Assembly (NCBI GenBank): GCA_964291655.2
Contig: OZ219801.1
Coordinates: 96,001-160,000 of the forward strand
DNA from: Chloroflexota bacterium
Lineage (GTDB): Bacteria > Chloroflexota > UBA11872 > VXOZ01
Reading direction: 5' to 3'
Length of the DNA: 64,000 nucleotides
Shown: positions 20,173 through 29,829 of the stretch, piece after piece
How positions within the stretch are numbered: position 1 is the stretch's first letter
Layout: every line of letters begins with the position of its first letter
The notes under the pieces: generated by a model
Told to the model about the DNA's origin: nothing
Databases searched by the model: none
What the model saw: the letters and a program-made list of their open reading frames with translations, nothing else
Position numbers and translations under genes: made by a program

Positions 20173-21732
20173 ATGGGAGGCAAGTTTCTCTCAATCGATC
20201 AGGCGGTATGGCTCATCCAGGATGGCGCTGCCATTGGCGTGGGCGGATTCGTCGGTATCGGACATCCGGAGGCGCTTTCCGCGGCAGTAGAGCGGCGCTT
20301 CTTGCAGACCGGAGAACCACGGAATTTGACGCTCATGTATGGCGCCGGGCAGGGCGACCGCGAGACGCGCGGCCTCAACCACTTTGGCCACGAGGGGCTT
20401 GTCAAGCGTATTATCGGCGGTCACTGGGGTCTGGCGCCGAAGTTGTGCCAGCTCGTCCTCGACGGCAAGATTGAAGGTTACAATTTTCCCCAGGGCGTCA
20501 TCATTCATCTCTTTCGCGACACCGCCGCGGGCAAGCCCGGCACGATTACCCACGTTGGCCTTCACACGTTTGTAGACCCGCGTCAGGAAGGGGGACGGGT
20601 CAACCCAGCCTCCACACCCGACCAATTGGTGCAACTTTTAGAATTGAACGGAAAAGAGCACCTCTTCTATCCGCGCATTCAACTGGACGTCGGATTCATA
20701 CGGGGCACCACTGCCGATCCCGACGGCAACATCAGCATGGAACGCGAAGCCGTGTACGGCGAGATGCTCAGTGTGGCTCAGGCTGTGCATAACTGTGGCG
20801 GCACCGTAATCGCGCAGGTAGAGCGCACGATATCCACTCCCTTGCCCACACGCGAGATCAAGATTCCCGGCATTCTGGTAGATGTCGTAGCGGTGGCCGA
20901 CCCGGCCGAGCACTGGCAGACGTTTAGTGAAGACTTCAATCCAGCGTACGTCTCAGAGACCCGCGGTGAGGCGCCGGAGTTCCCTCCGCATGTCCTCGAT
21001 GAACGCAAGATTATCGCCCGCCGGGCCGCAATTGAGCTGCAAAAGGGAGACATTGTAAACCTTGGCATTGGCTTGCCGGAGAGTGTGGCAGCGGTAGCCG
21101 CGGAAGAAAGCATCATTGCTGACCTTGTGATGACTGTTGAAAGCGGCGCGATTGGGGGCATTCCGGCCGGCGGTCTCTCTTTTGGAGCTTCGTTTATGCC
21201 CACGGCGCTGATCGACACGCCTTACATGTTCGACTTTTATGACGGCGGGGGGCTGGATATCGCCTGCTTAGGCGCAGCGCAGATTGATGCCGCCGGCAAC
21301 GTAAACGTCAGCCGTTTTGGGGGCGTCATCCCGGGCGCAGGCGGCTTTGTGAACATAAGCCACAATGCCAAACGCATCGTATTCTGCGGCACGTTCACGG
21401 CTGGCGGTCTGGAGGTCATGATCCAAGACGACGCACTGCAAATCGCCCGCGAAGGCAAACACCCGAAGCTGGTGCAAGCGGTCGAGCAAATCACCTTCAA
21501 CGGTGCCTACGCACGCTCGCTGGGGCGCGCCATAACGTACGTTACCGAGCGTGCAGTCTTTACACTCACAGATCAGGGACTTACCCTCACGGAGATTGCA
21601 CCCGGCGTGGATCTGGAAAGAGACCTGCTCGCACACATGGCTTTTCGGCCTCATATCTCTCCCGATCTGTGCCCTATGGATTTACGCCTCTTCCGCGTAG
21701 AGCCCATGGGCCTGGCCGAGAAGTTCAGATAG
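20173..21732 (+). CDS. Acyl-CoA:acetate/propionate CoA-transferase (fused alpha-beta, YdiF/Pct type)
   Basis: GGHWG, THVGLHTFVDPR, NLGIGLP, ESG catalytic Glu, GNVNVS, GGFVNIS. Confidence 0.9.
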   Translation: MGGKFLSIDQAVWLIQDGAAIGVGGFVGIGHPEALSAAVERRFLQTGEPRNLTLMYGAGQGDRETRGLNHFGHEGLVKRIIGGHWGLAPKLCQLVLDGKIEGYNFPQGVIIHLFRDTAAGKPGTITHVGLHTFVDPRQEGGRVNPASTPDQLVQLLELNGKEHLFYPRIQLDVGFIRGTTADPDGNISMEREAVYGEMLSVAQAVHNCGGTVIAQVERTISTPLPTREIKIPGILVDVVAVADPAEHWQTFSEDFNPAYVSETRGEAPEFPPHVLDERKIIARRAAIELQKGDIVNLGIGLPESVAAVAAEESIIADLVMTVESGAIGGIPAGGLSFGASFMPTALIDTPYMFDFYDGGGLDIACLGAAQIDAAGNVNVSRFGGVIPGAGGFVNISHNAKRIVFCGTFTAGGLEVMIQDDALQIAREGKHPKLVQAVEQITFNGAYARSLGRAITYVTERAVFTLTDQGLTLTEIAPGVDLERDLLAHMAFRPHISPDLCPMDLRLFRVEPMGLAEKFR

Positions 21733-21755
21733 CCAGAAGTCGTCTTGTTGCAGTC

Positions 21756-22580
21756 ATGGGGAATCTCTTGGGTCTCGAGGCGGATAAAGCTCTTCTACAG
21801 GGAAAGCACATCAAGGGGCTCTTGCTCGACCTGGACGGTACGCTCTACTTCAAAGGTGTGCAGATTCCGCGCGCCGACCAGGCTCTCGTTGCGCTCAGAG
21901 AGATGGGAATTCGGGTGTGTTTCCTTACAAATATCGACTCGAAAACCGCGAGTACCATCCATCGCGAGTTAGCTGCAATGGGCTTGGCGATTGAGAAAGA
22001 GACGATATTCAGTGCCGCCAGCGCCGGAGTGCGTTTCTTGATGCAGCGCCCTGACAAGCGCAGCTATTGTCTGGTCTCAAACGAATTGGCCGCCGAGTTT
22101 GCACCTTTTCTTGCCGGTGAGGGTGCCGTAGACTATGTAATTGTCGGAGACTTTCGCGATTCCGTAAGTTACGAAGTCCTCAACACGGCCTTCCGCCATG
22201 TCATGGAAGGCGCTGAGATCATAGCTCTACAAAAGGGTAGGTACTTCGTGAACACTGAAGGTAAAAACCTGGATACGGGAGCCTTCGTGCAGCTCTTGGA
22301 GTATGGCTCCGGCAAGACTGCCAGAGTCCTTGGGAAGCCGTCACCGGACTTCTTCAGAATGGCAGCAGCGCAGGTTGGATGCTCTCCCGAGGAAATCGCC
22401 GTTGTGGGAGATGACGTGACTACTGACATCGTTGGAGCACGTGCGCTAGGCGCGCTGAGTGTGCTGGTCCGCACAGGAAAGTACTCAGATGAGACTCTGG
22501 CGTGCTCCGCCGTCAAGCCCAATCTGATTGTAGATTCCATCGCCGACGTGCCACAGCTTCTTGCTGAGATTGCACGATGA
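21756..22580 (+). CDS. HAD-IIA hydrolase (LHPP/HDHD2-like)
   Basis: DLDGTL, FLTN, GKPSPDFF, VGDDVTTDI, VRTGKY. Confidence 0.88.
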   Translation: MGNLLGLEADKALLQGKHIKGLLLDLDGTLYFKGVQIPRADQALVALREMGIRVCFLTNIDSKTASTIHRELAAMGLAIEKETIFSAASAGVRFLMQRPDKRSYCLVSNELAAEFAPFLAGEGAVDYVIVGDFRDSVSYEVLNTAFRHVMEGAEIIALQKGRYFVNTEGKNLDTGAFVQLLEYGSGKTARVLGKPSPDFFRMAAAQVGCSPEEIAVVGDDVTTDIVGARALGALSVLVRTGKYSDETLACSAVKPNLIVDSIADVPQLLAEIAR

Positions 22581-22727
22581 AGGGTGCGCAAGCGCGCACA
22601 GCCGTAAGCACATGGGCTTCTTTCAGTAGGAATCATTGCGAGCAGACCATGGATTCAAGGGAGGCAACAAGCAAACAGTTCAGAACTAGCAGACCCTGAC
22701 TTGATAGAATCGAAAGGCTGCATCTTG

Positions 22728-22818
22728 TATTATTCCGAGCGCAGCGTCGAACAGGGTTCGCGGAATCTCGAAGTCCTCGCACCCTAGATTCTTCGTCGCT
22801 GCGCTCCTCAGAATGACA
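22728..22818. repeat. Paired palindromic element (..ATTCCGAGCG..GGAATCT / AGATTCTTCG..CAGAATGACA)
   Basis: Homologous to the element at 49638-49767. Confidence 0.7.
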
Positions 22819-23070
22819 GATTGTCGAACTGCGTCGGGCGTGCACCTGTGCGGCGTTTCGCAAGTTCGCACGGTGTAAGTCAAATTCTACTTACTTGAGA
22901 ACTGATCCTATGAATAGAGGGAGTCTTGAATATCGGATACATGGGGCACACCCTTAGGATGAATGTTTTCACTCCCCGGGGAGACCATGCGTGAATCCGA
23001 CCAGAGGCAAGCTAAATGCTCACTCTCTCTGGGAAGTACACTGCAAAACCCAAACCTGTTGGCGAGGAAA

Positions 23071-23105
23071 CCCCCTCTCCCTTGAGTGAGGGTTGGGGTG
23101 AGGGG
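23071..23105 (-). repeat. CCCTCACCCCAACCCTC..GGAGAGGG palindromic repeat
   Basis: Inverted homolog of 32169-32202. Confidence 0.65.
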
Positions 23106-23278
23106 ATGTTCTTAGACATTTACCCAGGGGCGCACACATGGCAAGATTGCCGACAATGTGATGATGGAAGGCTAAGAAAGCCAATTAAAGGTCAATCATC
23201 TCGACACATGCAAAAGAGCGTCAAGAATAGTCCAACCAGCCCATCGCTTTCACCAACCCTCGGAGGATAGAAGGGAAC

Positions 23279-24472
23279 ATGAACAGTCAACAGCCGGTAA
23301 TCCTGGCCGCTGCCCGCACGCCGATTGGGAAATTCGGCGGCGCGCTGAGTGAACTCGCGGCTCCTGAATTAGGTGTAGTTGCCTCACAGGCGGCGTTGGC
23401 GCGGGCAGAGATCGCGCCCGACGAAATACAGGTTTCGATTTTCGGTCAAGTTTACCAGGGCGGCAGCGGCATGAATCCGGCGCGACAGGTTAGCATTCGC
23501 GCCGGCGTGCCTGAAGGGTCGCCGGCCATGACCATCAACCAGGTCTGTGCATCGGGACTGCAAGCCGTTGGGCTTGCCGCCCAGTACATTCGCCTGGGGG
23601 AAATCGATGTGGCCTTAGCCGGCGGCATGGAATGTATGAGCCAAGCCCCCTATGTGTTACCCGATGCACGGTGGGGCAGCAAGCTGGGACATGCCAGAGT
23701 CGTGGATACCCTCCTTGGCGACGGCCTCTGGGATGCCTTTGCCGACTGCCACATGGCGACCACCGCCGATGCCCTCGCGCAGGAATATGGCATTTCGCGG
23801 GAAGCGCAAGACGAGTATGCGCTGGAGAGCCAGCAACGCTACGCAGCCGCGCGGCGGGCTTGCTTCCTTTCTGGCGAGATAGTCCCTGTTTCGGTGCCCC
23901 AGCGCCGCGGTGCACCAAGAGTCATAGACGATGATGAATACCCCCGGCCGGATACAGACCGAGAAGCGTTGGCCTCGCTCCGACCGGCTTTCAAAGACGT
24001 TACGACCATCACCGCCGGCAACGCCTCCGGCATCAACGACGGTGCGGCTGCCGTCGTGGTGGCATCCGCAGAGTGGGCGCAAGCGCACAATCGGCAGCCG
24101 CTTGCCATCCTCAGGGAGGTCACGACCACCGGCGTTGCACCGGTGCGCATGGGTATCGGGCCGGCCAAGGCAATTCGAATCCTCCTTGAGAAGACCGGAC
24201 TTACTCTGGACGACATTGACCTACTCGAAGTCAACGAAGCCTTCGCCGCGCAAGTGCTCTCAGTCGAAGCCGAACTTAAGTGGGACCGCTCACGGGTGAA
24301 CGTAAATGGCGGCGCTATTGCCGTCGGTCACCCGGTCGGCGCCAGCGGCGCCCGCATATTGGGTACGCTGATCTTCGAAATGGAACGCCGCAACGTGCGG
24401 CGGGGCATTGCCGCGCTGTGCGCTGGCGGCGGCATGGGCATCGCCGCGTTGGTGGAACGAGAGGTGCACTAG
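23279..24472 (+). CDS. Acetyl-CoA C-acetyltransferase (thiolase)
   Basis: RTPIGKF, NQVCASG, NEAFA, GHPVGASG, LCAGGG. Confidence 0.95.
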   Translation: MNSQQPVILAAARTPIGKFGGALSELAAPELGVVASQAALARAEIAPDEIQVSIFGQVYQGGSGMNPARQVSIRAGVPEGSPAMTINQVCASGLQAVGLAAQYIRLGEIDVALAGGMECMSQAPYVLPDARWGSKLGHARVVDTLLGDGLWDAFADCHMATTADALAQEYGISREAQDEYALESQQRYAAARRACFLSGEIVPVSVPQRRGAPRVIDDDEYPRPDTDREALASLRPAFKDVTTITAGNASGINDGAAAVVVASAEWAQAHNRQPLAILREVTTTGVAPVRMGIGPAKAIRILLEKTGLTLDDIDLLEVNEAFAAQVLSVEAELKWDRSRVNVNGGAIAVGHPVGASGARILGTLIFEMERRNVRRGIAALCAGGGMGIAALVEREVH

Positions 24473-24476
24473 CTTC

Positions 24477-25235
<759 letters not shown>

Positions 25236-25261
25236 GAATATATCATGGGTTCGGTTCCGAC

Positions 25262-25283
25262 GTAGCGCGGGGGCTTGTCCCCC
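25262..25283 (+). repeat. GTAG-type REP (family B)
   Basis: GTAGCGCGGGGGCTTGTCCCCC, matches 2401-2424. Confidence 0.7.
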
Positions 25284-25328
25284 AATCTGCCTGAGAACAC
25301 GACCTCTAGGCCCGAAAGGAAACGTCCG

Positions 25329-25991
25329 ATGCTCATCGACACCGCACAATTCAAGACCAAACACCTCGCCGCCGACGACGTGCTTCCACCCGAGAAGACC
25401 GCGCTCATCATCGTGGACATGATGCGGCGCTTCTGCGATCCGACTTGGCTGGGAAGCGGTAGCAAAGAGAGCGAGCAGTGGTTTACGGCGGAATTGCAGA
25501 CTGTGATCCCCAACCTGCGCTCGATCCTGGACGCCTTTCGCGCCTCCGGCGGCCTCGTGGTCCATGTCGTTAATGCCAAATGGACCGAGGAGGCGCGCGA
25601 GGCCGTGCCCTACCAGCGGGGCCGCGACTACGATTACTTCGACTCCCACGCCATGTCCGTGACCGACGAACTTGCTCCTCAACGCGACGAGATCGTCGTA
25701 CGGAAGCTGACGAGCTCCGCCTTCACCGGCACGGGTCTTGACTACATGCTCAACAACGCGGGCATAAAGAATGTGGTCCTCACCGGACAGTATGGTGGTG
25801 CCTGTGTGTTCTACAGCCTCATCCAGAGCCGAGAATACGGCTTCACCAATTACTGGCCCAGTGACGCCATTCTCCACGCCTCGGCCCTTGATCAAGCCAT
25901 GATTACACCGCTGGTGGGCACACGCTGGGCGACGTTAGCTACCTCCGCGCAGGTCGCGCAGGCAATCACCGGTCAGCGCACTTCGGCGTGA
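25329..25991 (+). CDS. Isochorismatase/cysteine hydrolase family
   Basis: ALIIVDM, RKLTSSAFTGT, G..GGACV (Asp-Lys-Cys triad); RBS AAGGA. Confidence 0.85.
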   Translation: MLIDTAQFKTKHLAADDVLPPEKTALIIVDMMRRFCDPTWLGSGSKESEQWFTAELQTVIPNLRSILDAFRASGGLVVHVVNAKWTEEAREAVPYQRGRDYDYFDSHAMSVTDELAPQRDEIVVRKLTSSAFTGTGLDYMLNNAGIKNVVLTGQYGGACVFYSLIQSREYGFTNYWPSDAILHASALDQAMITPLVGTRWATLATSAQVAQAITGQRTSA

Positions 25992-26055
25992 AGGGCCACT
26001 CCACGTTACTGTTTTCAAATGCCGACCAGGAATAGATTGAACGGTCCGACCTGCC

Positions 26056-26085
26056 CGTCACTCCCGTGAAAACGGGAATCCATCT
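26056..26085 (+). repeat. Palindromic element, relative of 351-380
   Basis: CGTCACTCCCGTGAAAACGGGAATCCATCT with a compensatory stem change. Confidence 0.75.
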
Positions 26086-26240
26086 CTTCCGCGCATAGAG
26101 GATTTCCCCTGCCAGTCTGTTCGCAGGTACGAGTCTTGTTCTGAGCCACCGTTGCAATGCACACTCAATTGAGCCGGCACTCCCATCCCGTCGCGCCGCC
26201 AAGCAACGCGCTTTGGCACAGGACTTCGCTTCAATTCTGC

Positions 26241-26269
26241 TTGACACTCGGCAAATGCGCTGCTAATCT
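26241..26269 (+). promoter_or_regulatory. Sigma70 promoter for the solute-binding protein
   Basis: TTGACA-17 nt-TAATCT with TGn extended -10. Confidence 0.65.
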
Positions 26270-26312
26270 GCAACCATCCGGTTGGTTGGAGCATCCACAG
26301 AGGAGCTTTCAA

Positions 26313-27698
26313 ATGACACGACGAAAAGTGCTACTCGGACTTGGTTCCGGCGCAAGTTTGGCGCTCTTGGCGGCCTGCGGTCAGGCAACGATGACGTCCG
26401 ATGAGGCGCCGGCAGCCGCAGAAGAGACGGAGGCTAAGGCGGAAGAGCAGCCTGCCGCTCCTGAGACTTACGAAATCCGGGTCTTTACAACGGCTACATG
26501 GGACCTCAGCCAGGGCATTGGGCTAGAGGTTGTGCAGGAGTTGGAAGAAGCGAACCCCGGCATCACCGTAAACGCCACGGCGGAGTCCGGCAACCGCATG
26601 GACAAGATGGTGACGGCCGTCGCCGCCGGTTTTGGCCTCGATGTCGGCCAGGCGGGTTCGTGGCAGTCCCAGACATTGGCCGTGCTCAAGGTACCGCATG
26701 GCCTCGACTCTTACATGGCGGCCTCAGACGTTATCAAGAAAGAGGAGATTTGGGAATCGCTGCGCGGCGACCTGGAGTGGAAGGGCGTTGTGCATGGCAT
26801 GCCCTTCGGACCCGACATCCGCTTCCTCTACGTCGGTAATAAAGCCTACCTCGACGCGGGATTAGACCCCGAGAATCCACCAGCATCGTGGACTGATCTT
26901 GAAGACGCAATCTCGACGCTCTACACCGTGAGCGGTGACAAGATTGAGAAACTGGGGTTCGACCCCTTGCGCGGCACCGGCGGCAACCACCTTTGGATGG
27001 TTCCCATGTGGCAGTTGGGCGGTGATACTACTTCCCCCGAGGGACTCGTCACTCTTGACACGCCCGAGGCTGAAGAGGCCCTGAACTGGCAGAAGCGCAA
27101 TATCTACGATGCCCAGGGCGGCTACAACCAGGTGTTGGATTTTTGGGGAGAAGCAGCCCGCTATCCGGCTTACTTCCAACCGTTCTTCCAGGGCGTGGTC
27201 GGCAATATGCACCTGACCAATTCTGAGCGAGCCACCCAGATTTGGCCGAACAATCCTGACTTTGAATTCAGCTTTGGCCCGTATCCTGTCCCTGAAGGCG
27301 GTCGCCAGGCCGGCTACGGCGGTTGCCATACCTGGTTCCTGACCGTTGACTCGCCGGATCCGGAAAAGGGTTGGAAGTTCCTCGAGCACTTTGGCAGTGC
27401 GGGCGTAAATGTCCGGTGGGCGCAGCACTTCGATCGTTTGCCGATTCGCGCTGATGTGGCCAATGACGAGGAATATCATCAGGGCGACGAATTCGTGCTC
27501 TTCGCGGCTAACATGATGCAGCACCGCAAATTTGTCATACCCTTGCCGGGCGCGCCCCAGGTTCTCTCGTTTGTCAACGGTTTCGTGCCTGACGTCATGG
27601 CGGGTAACCGCACGATCCCCGAAGCTCTCAAGGAAGCCGAAGAGCAGGTCCAGACTATCCTCGACGACTTCTTGGCTGAACACGGCGAAACGCGGTAG
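26313..27698 (+). CDS. ABC transporter carbohydrate-type solute-binding lipoprotein with Tat signal
   Basis: MTRRKVLL twin-Arg, LAAC lipobox, GVVHGMPF, PPASWTDL SBP_bac_1-like motifs. Confidence 0.88.
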   Translation: MTRRKVLLGLGSGASLALLAACGQATMTSDEAPAAAEETEAKAEEQPAAPETYEIRVFTTATWDLSQGIGLEVVQELEEANPGITVNATAESGNRMDKMVTAVAAGFGLDVGQAGSWQSQTLAVLKVPHGLDSYMAASDVIKKEEIWESLRGDLEWKGVVHGMPFGPDIRFLYVGNKAYLDAGLDPENPPASWTDLEDAISTLYTVSGDKIEKLGFDPLRGTGGNHLWMVPMWQLGGDTTSPEGLVTLDTPEAEEALNWQKRNIYDAQGGYNQVLDFWGEAARYPAYFQPFFQGVVGNMHLTNSERATQIWPNNPDFEFSFGPYPVPEGGRQAGYGGCHTWFLTVDSPDPEKGWKFLEHFGSAGVNVRWAQHFDRLPIRADVANDEEYHQGDEFVLFAANMMQHRKFVIPLPGAPQVLSFVNGFVPDVMAGNRTIPEALKEAEEQVQTILDDFLAEHGETR

Positions 27699-27729
27699 GT
27701 CCTGCCCATCAACTCGTAGCGTCAACGGA

Positions 27730-27759
27730 GAAGGAGGAGGTCAGGCGGCCTCCTCCTTC
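27730..27759 (+). terminator. Stem-loop after the SBP gene (terminator or mRNA stabiliser)
   Basis: GAAGGAGGAGGT..GCCTCCTCCTTC hairpin, no strong U tract. Confidence 0.5.
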
Positions 27760-27782
27760 CGCACTTCAACGAAAGGTGTCTC

Positions 27783-28928
27783 GTGATAAGCGAGGATCCT
27801 AGACTAACCGGAGCCGACGTAGACCCGCTGCGGCAGCAACTCTTTGAGGCGTATGACAACTGGCTCATGCTCCAATGCCGCGTGCGCTATAACGCCCGCG
27901 GCGAAAACTGGCAGCGGGACTACTCAAATCAGGATGCGTATCTGAAGTCAATTGAACCAAATCGCGAGCGCCTGCTCGCCATGATCGGCGGCTGGCCGTG
28001 GGAGCGCGGCCCGTTGGAGCCGCGCATCGAGGAAATCGCCGCTACTGACACCTACACGGCTTCCCGCGTCTGGTATACGTCATTCGACGACGTGCGCGTG
28101 GACGCTATTCTCATTCGCCCTCACGGCCCGGGGCCGTTTCCGGCGGTGCTCGCCCAGCACGGCGTCAATCACACGCCGGAGCAGATTTGCGGGTTTTGCG
28201 ACCCAGAGCACAGCGCCGCGTACCACGAGATCGGCGTGCGCCTCGTCAAGCATGGCTATGTCGTCATCGCGCCGCGCATGATTGGCGGTTACGGCGAAGA
28301 CCGCTTCAACGTGCCCAACATTCCCTCCCTACGTCAGCAGGAGCAGGGCCGCGCCCAGAACCAGATTCACCGCAAGGCAATTCTCATCGGCCAGAGCATA
28401 CAGGCGTTGGAGTATTTTACGCTTTCCCGCGCCGTCGACTACCTGGAATCGTTGCCGGAAGTGGCCAACGACCGCATCGGCCTCTACGGCCTTTCGCGCG
28501 GCGGCCGTGCCGCCCTCTGGCTGGGGGCTCTGGAGCAACGCTTGCAGGCGGTGGTCTCATCGGCCTGGTTCAACGAGCGCTTCAGCAAGATGCTGCAGCC
28601 GGAGATAATCAAAGTCGGTTCCTTCATTGAGACTTCATCCGAATTTCAATTCATCCCAGGTCTTTTTCATGAGTTTGGCGATGCCGACATAGCCTCTCTC
28701 ATCTGCCCGCGCGCCTTCTTCGTGGAGGACGGCAAGCACGACCGCGCCGTGTGGTGGCCGAAAGCAATCCAAGAGTTTGAGTTGGTTGAAGCCAATTACG
28801 AAAACCTTGGCATTCCTGAAAAGTGCGGCATTCGCATTCACGAACAAGGTCATGAGACGGAACCGGAAGCGGAGATCACGGATATCCAAGCCGTGGCGTT
28901 TCTCGACCGCTGGCTGAAGGCTGTGTGA
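27783..28928 (+). CDS. Alpha/beta hydrolase (dienelactone hydrolase/esterase-like)
   Basis: PFPAVLAQHG, RAVDYL, GLSRGG nucleophile elbow, GKHD, QGH. Confidence 0.85.
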   Translation: MISEDPRLTGADVDPLRQQLFEAYDNWLMLQCRVRYNARGENWQRDYSNQDAYLKSIEPNRERLLAMIGGWPWERGPLEPRIEEIAATDTYTASRVWYTSFDDVRVDAILIRPHGPGPFPAVLAQHGVNHTPEQICGFCDPEHSAAYHEIGVRLVKHGYVVIAPRMIGGYGEDRFNVPNIPSLRQQEQGRAQNQIHRKAILIGQSIQALEYFTLSRAVDYLESLPEVANDRIGLYGLSRGGRAALWLGALEQRLQAVVSSAWFNERFSKMLQPEIIKVGSFIETSSEFQFIPGLFHEFGDADIASLICPRAFFVEDGKHDRAVWWPKAIQEFELVEANYENLGIPEKCGIRIHEQGHETEPEAEITDIQAVAFLDRWLKAV

Positions 28929-29006
28929 GGAGTTTCCGCCTTGCGCGCCGCACTGAAATGCAATCGAAAGCAATGTCCTTTCAATCTTGAATTGACAGCA
29001 GTGCTG

Positions 29007-29033
29007 CCGTTCGCCCTGAGCTTGTCGAAGGGC
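29007..29033 (+). repeat. CCGTTCG..CTGAGCTTGTCGAAG repeat (left of the HMA gene)
   Basis: Matches 2582-2607; inverted partner at 29597-29622. Confidence 0.75.
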
Positions 29034-29148
29034 ATTCCGACAATTTTGTGCCTTGGAAGTGGCGTCTTTAGTAATGCTGCGTAGCCACTTCACCACAAAC
29101 GGTATCCCGGTAGGCCCTGTAGTCGCCTAGACTTGAGGATGAGTCACG

Positions 29149-29514
29149 ATGCCAAGACTCTTAAATTTCTTCATCGATCCCTACGTCGTGCTCCGACGGG
29201 ATGAAACCACGGGCGACGACTCCGGTAGCGCAGGTTTGCAGCCTGCGCTAACACGCGAGCTTGAAGTCCATGTCGCCGGTCTCGCCTGCACGAGCATATG
29301 AGCGCGGCGTACACAGGAGGGCCTTGCGTCACTCCCGGGCGTCCAAGAGACTAGTTTCAACCCTAAAACCGATACCTTTTCTGTCCGCTATCACGGGGAC
29401 GAGCTAGATCTCGCTAGTGTCAACGCAGCGGTGCGCGGGAAGGTGGTCGCCAAGCCGGTGCGCAGGCTGCTTGCTTGGATCAGTCGCCCGTTTCGCCACG
29501 CCCCGAAAGCATGA
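29149..29514 (+). CDS. Heavy-metal-associated (HMA) domain protein with in-frame TGA, probable selenoprotein (C47-x3-U51)
   Basis: Manual translation MPRLLNFFIDPYVV...LEVHVAGLACTSI*ARRTQEGLASLPGVQETSFNPKTDTFSVRY...; HMA pattern continues through TGA 29299-29301; hairpin follows; GAGG upstream of the ATG. Confidence 0.75.
29224..29248 (+). repeat. GTAG-type REP (family A) inside the HMA coding frame
   Basis: GGTAGCGCAGGTTTGCAGCCTGCGC, read as GSAGLQPA. Confidence 0.75.
29302..29334 (+). promoter_or_regulatory. Putative bacterial SECIS element
   Basis: GGCGT/GCGTC lower stem, AGG/CCT upper stem, AGGG loop beginning 16 nt after the TGA (folded by eye). Confidence 0.5.
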
Positions 29515-29596
29515 ACCCAGTGGGCGCGCCGGACTCCAACCACCTAGTTGAAGACCGGAATAAGAGGGTGGAAGGGAACTCCCGCTCTGCCGTCCA

Positions 29597-29622
29597 CACT
29601 TCAACAAGCTCAGTGCGAACGG
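29597..29622 (-). repeat. CCGTTCG..CTGAGCTTGT(C/T)GAAG repeat (right of the HMA gene)
   Basis: Reverse complement matches 29007-29032 at 23 of 26 positions. Confidence 0.75.
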
Positions 29623-29712
29623 CAGAGCTTACCGCGAACTACTTGTGCTTGGCGATGCGAATTTTCTTCGACACGCCTCAACTCAACGCATGCAACTTTG
29701 CATCGCTCTCGC

Positions 29713-29741
29713 TTGTATCTCCTCCCAAGAGCGTCTAAAGT
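29713..29741 (+). promoter_or_regulatory. Putative sigma70 promoter
   Basis: TTGTAT-17 nt-TAAAGT upstream of the MetE-like gene. Confidence 0.45.
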
Positions 29742-29829
29742 GAGGCTAATGTTTGCGTAGTCACTCAAGACCTAGCGCACACTTGACGCGAACTCCCTTT
29801 GACCGTTAGTGCCAAGAGGACGTACATTC

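Noticed and set aside
22695-22900. Outer terminal inverted repeats around the 22.7-kb element
   Set aside because: Only a 6-bp match (TAGAAT/ATTCTA), too short to support
22633-23270. Short ORFs containing CHSEERSDEES, VILRSAATKNL or SPLSEGWGEG (also PFDKLRANG at 28850-29035)
   Set aside because: These are translations of palindromic repeats rather than genes
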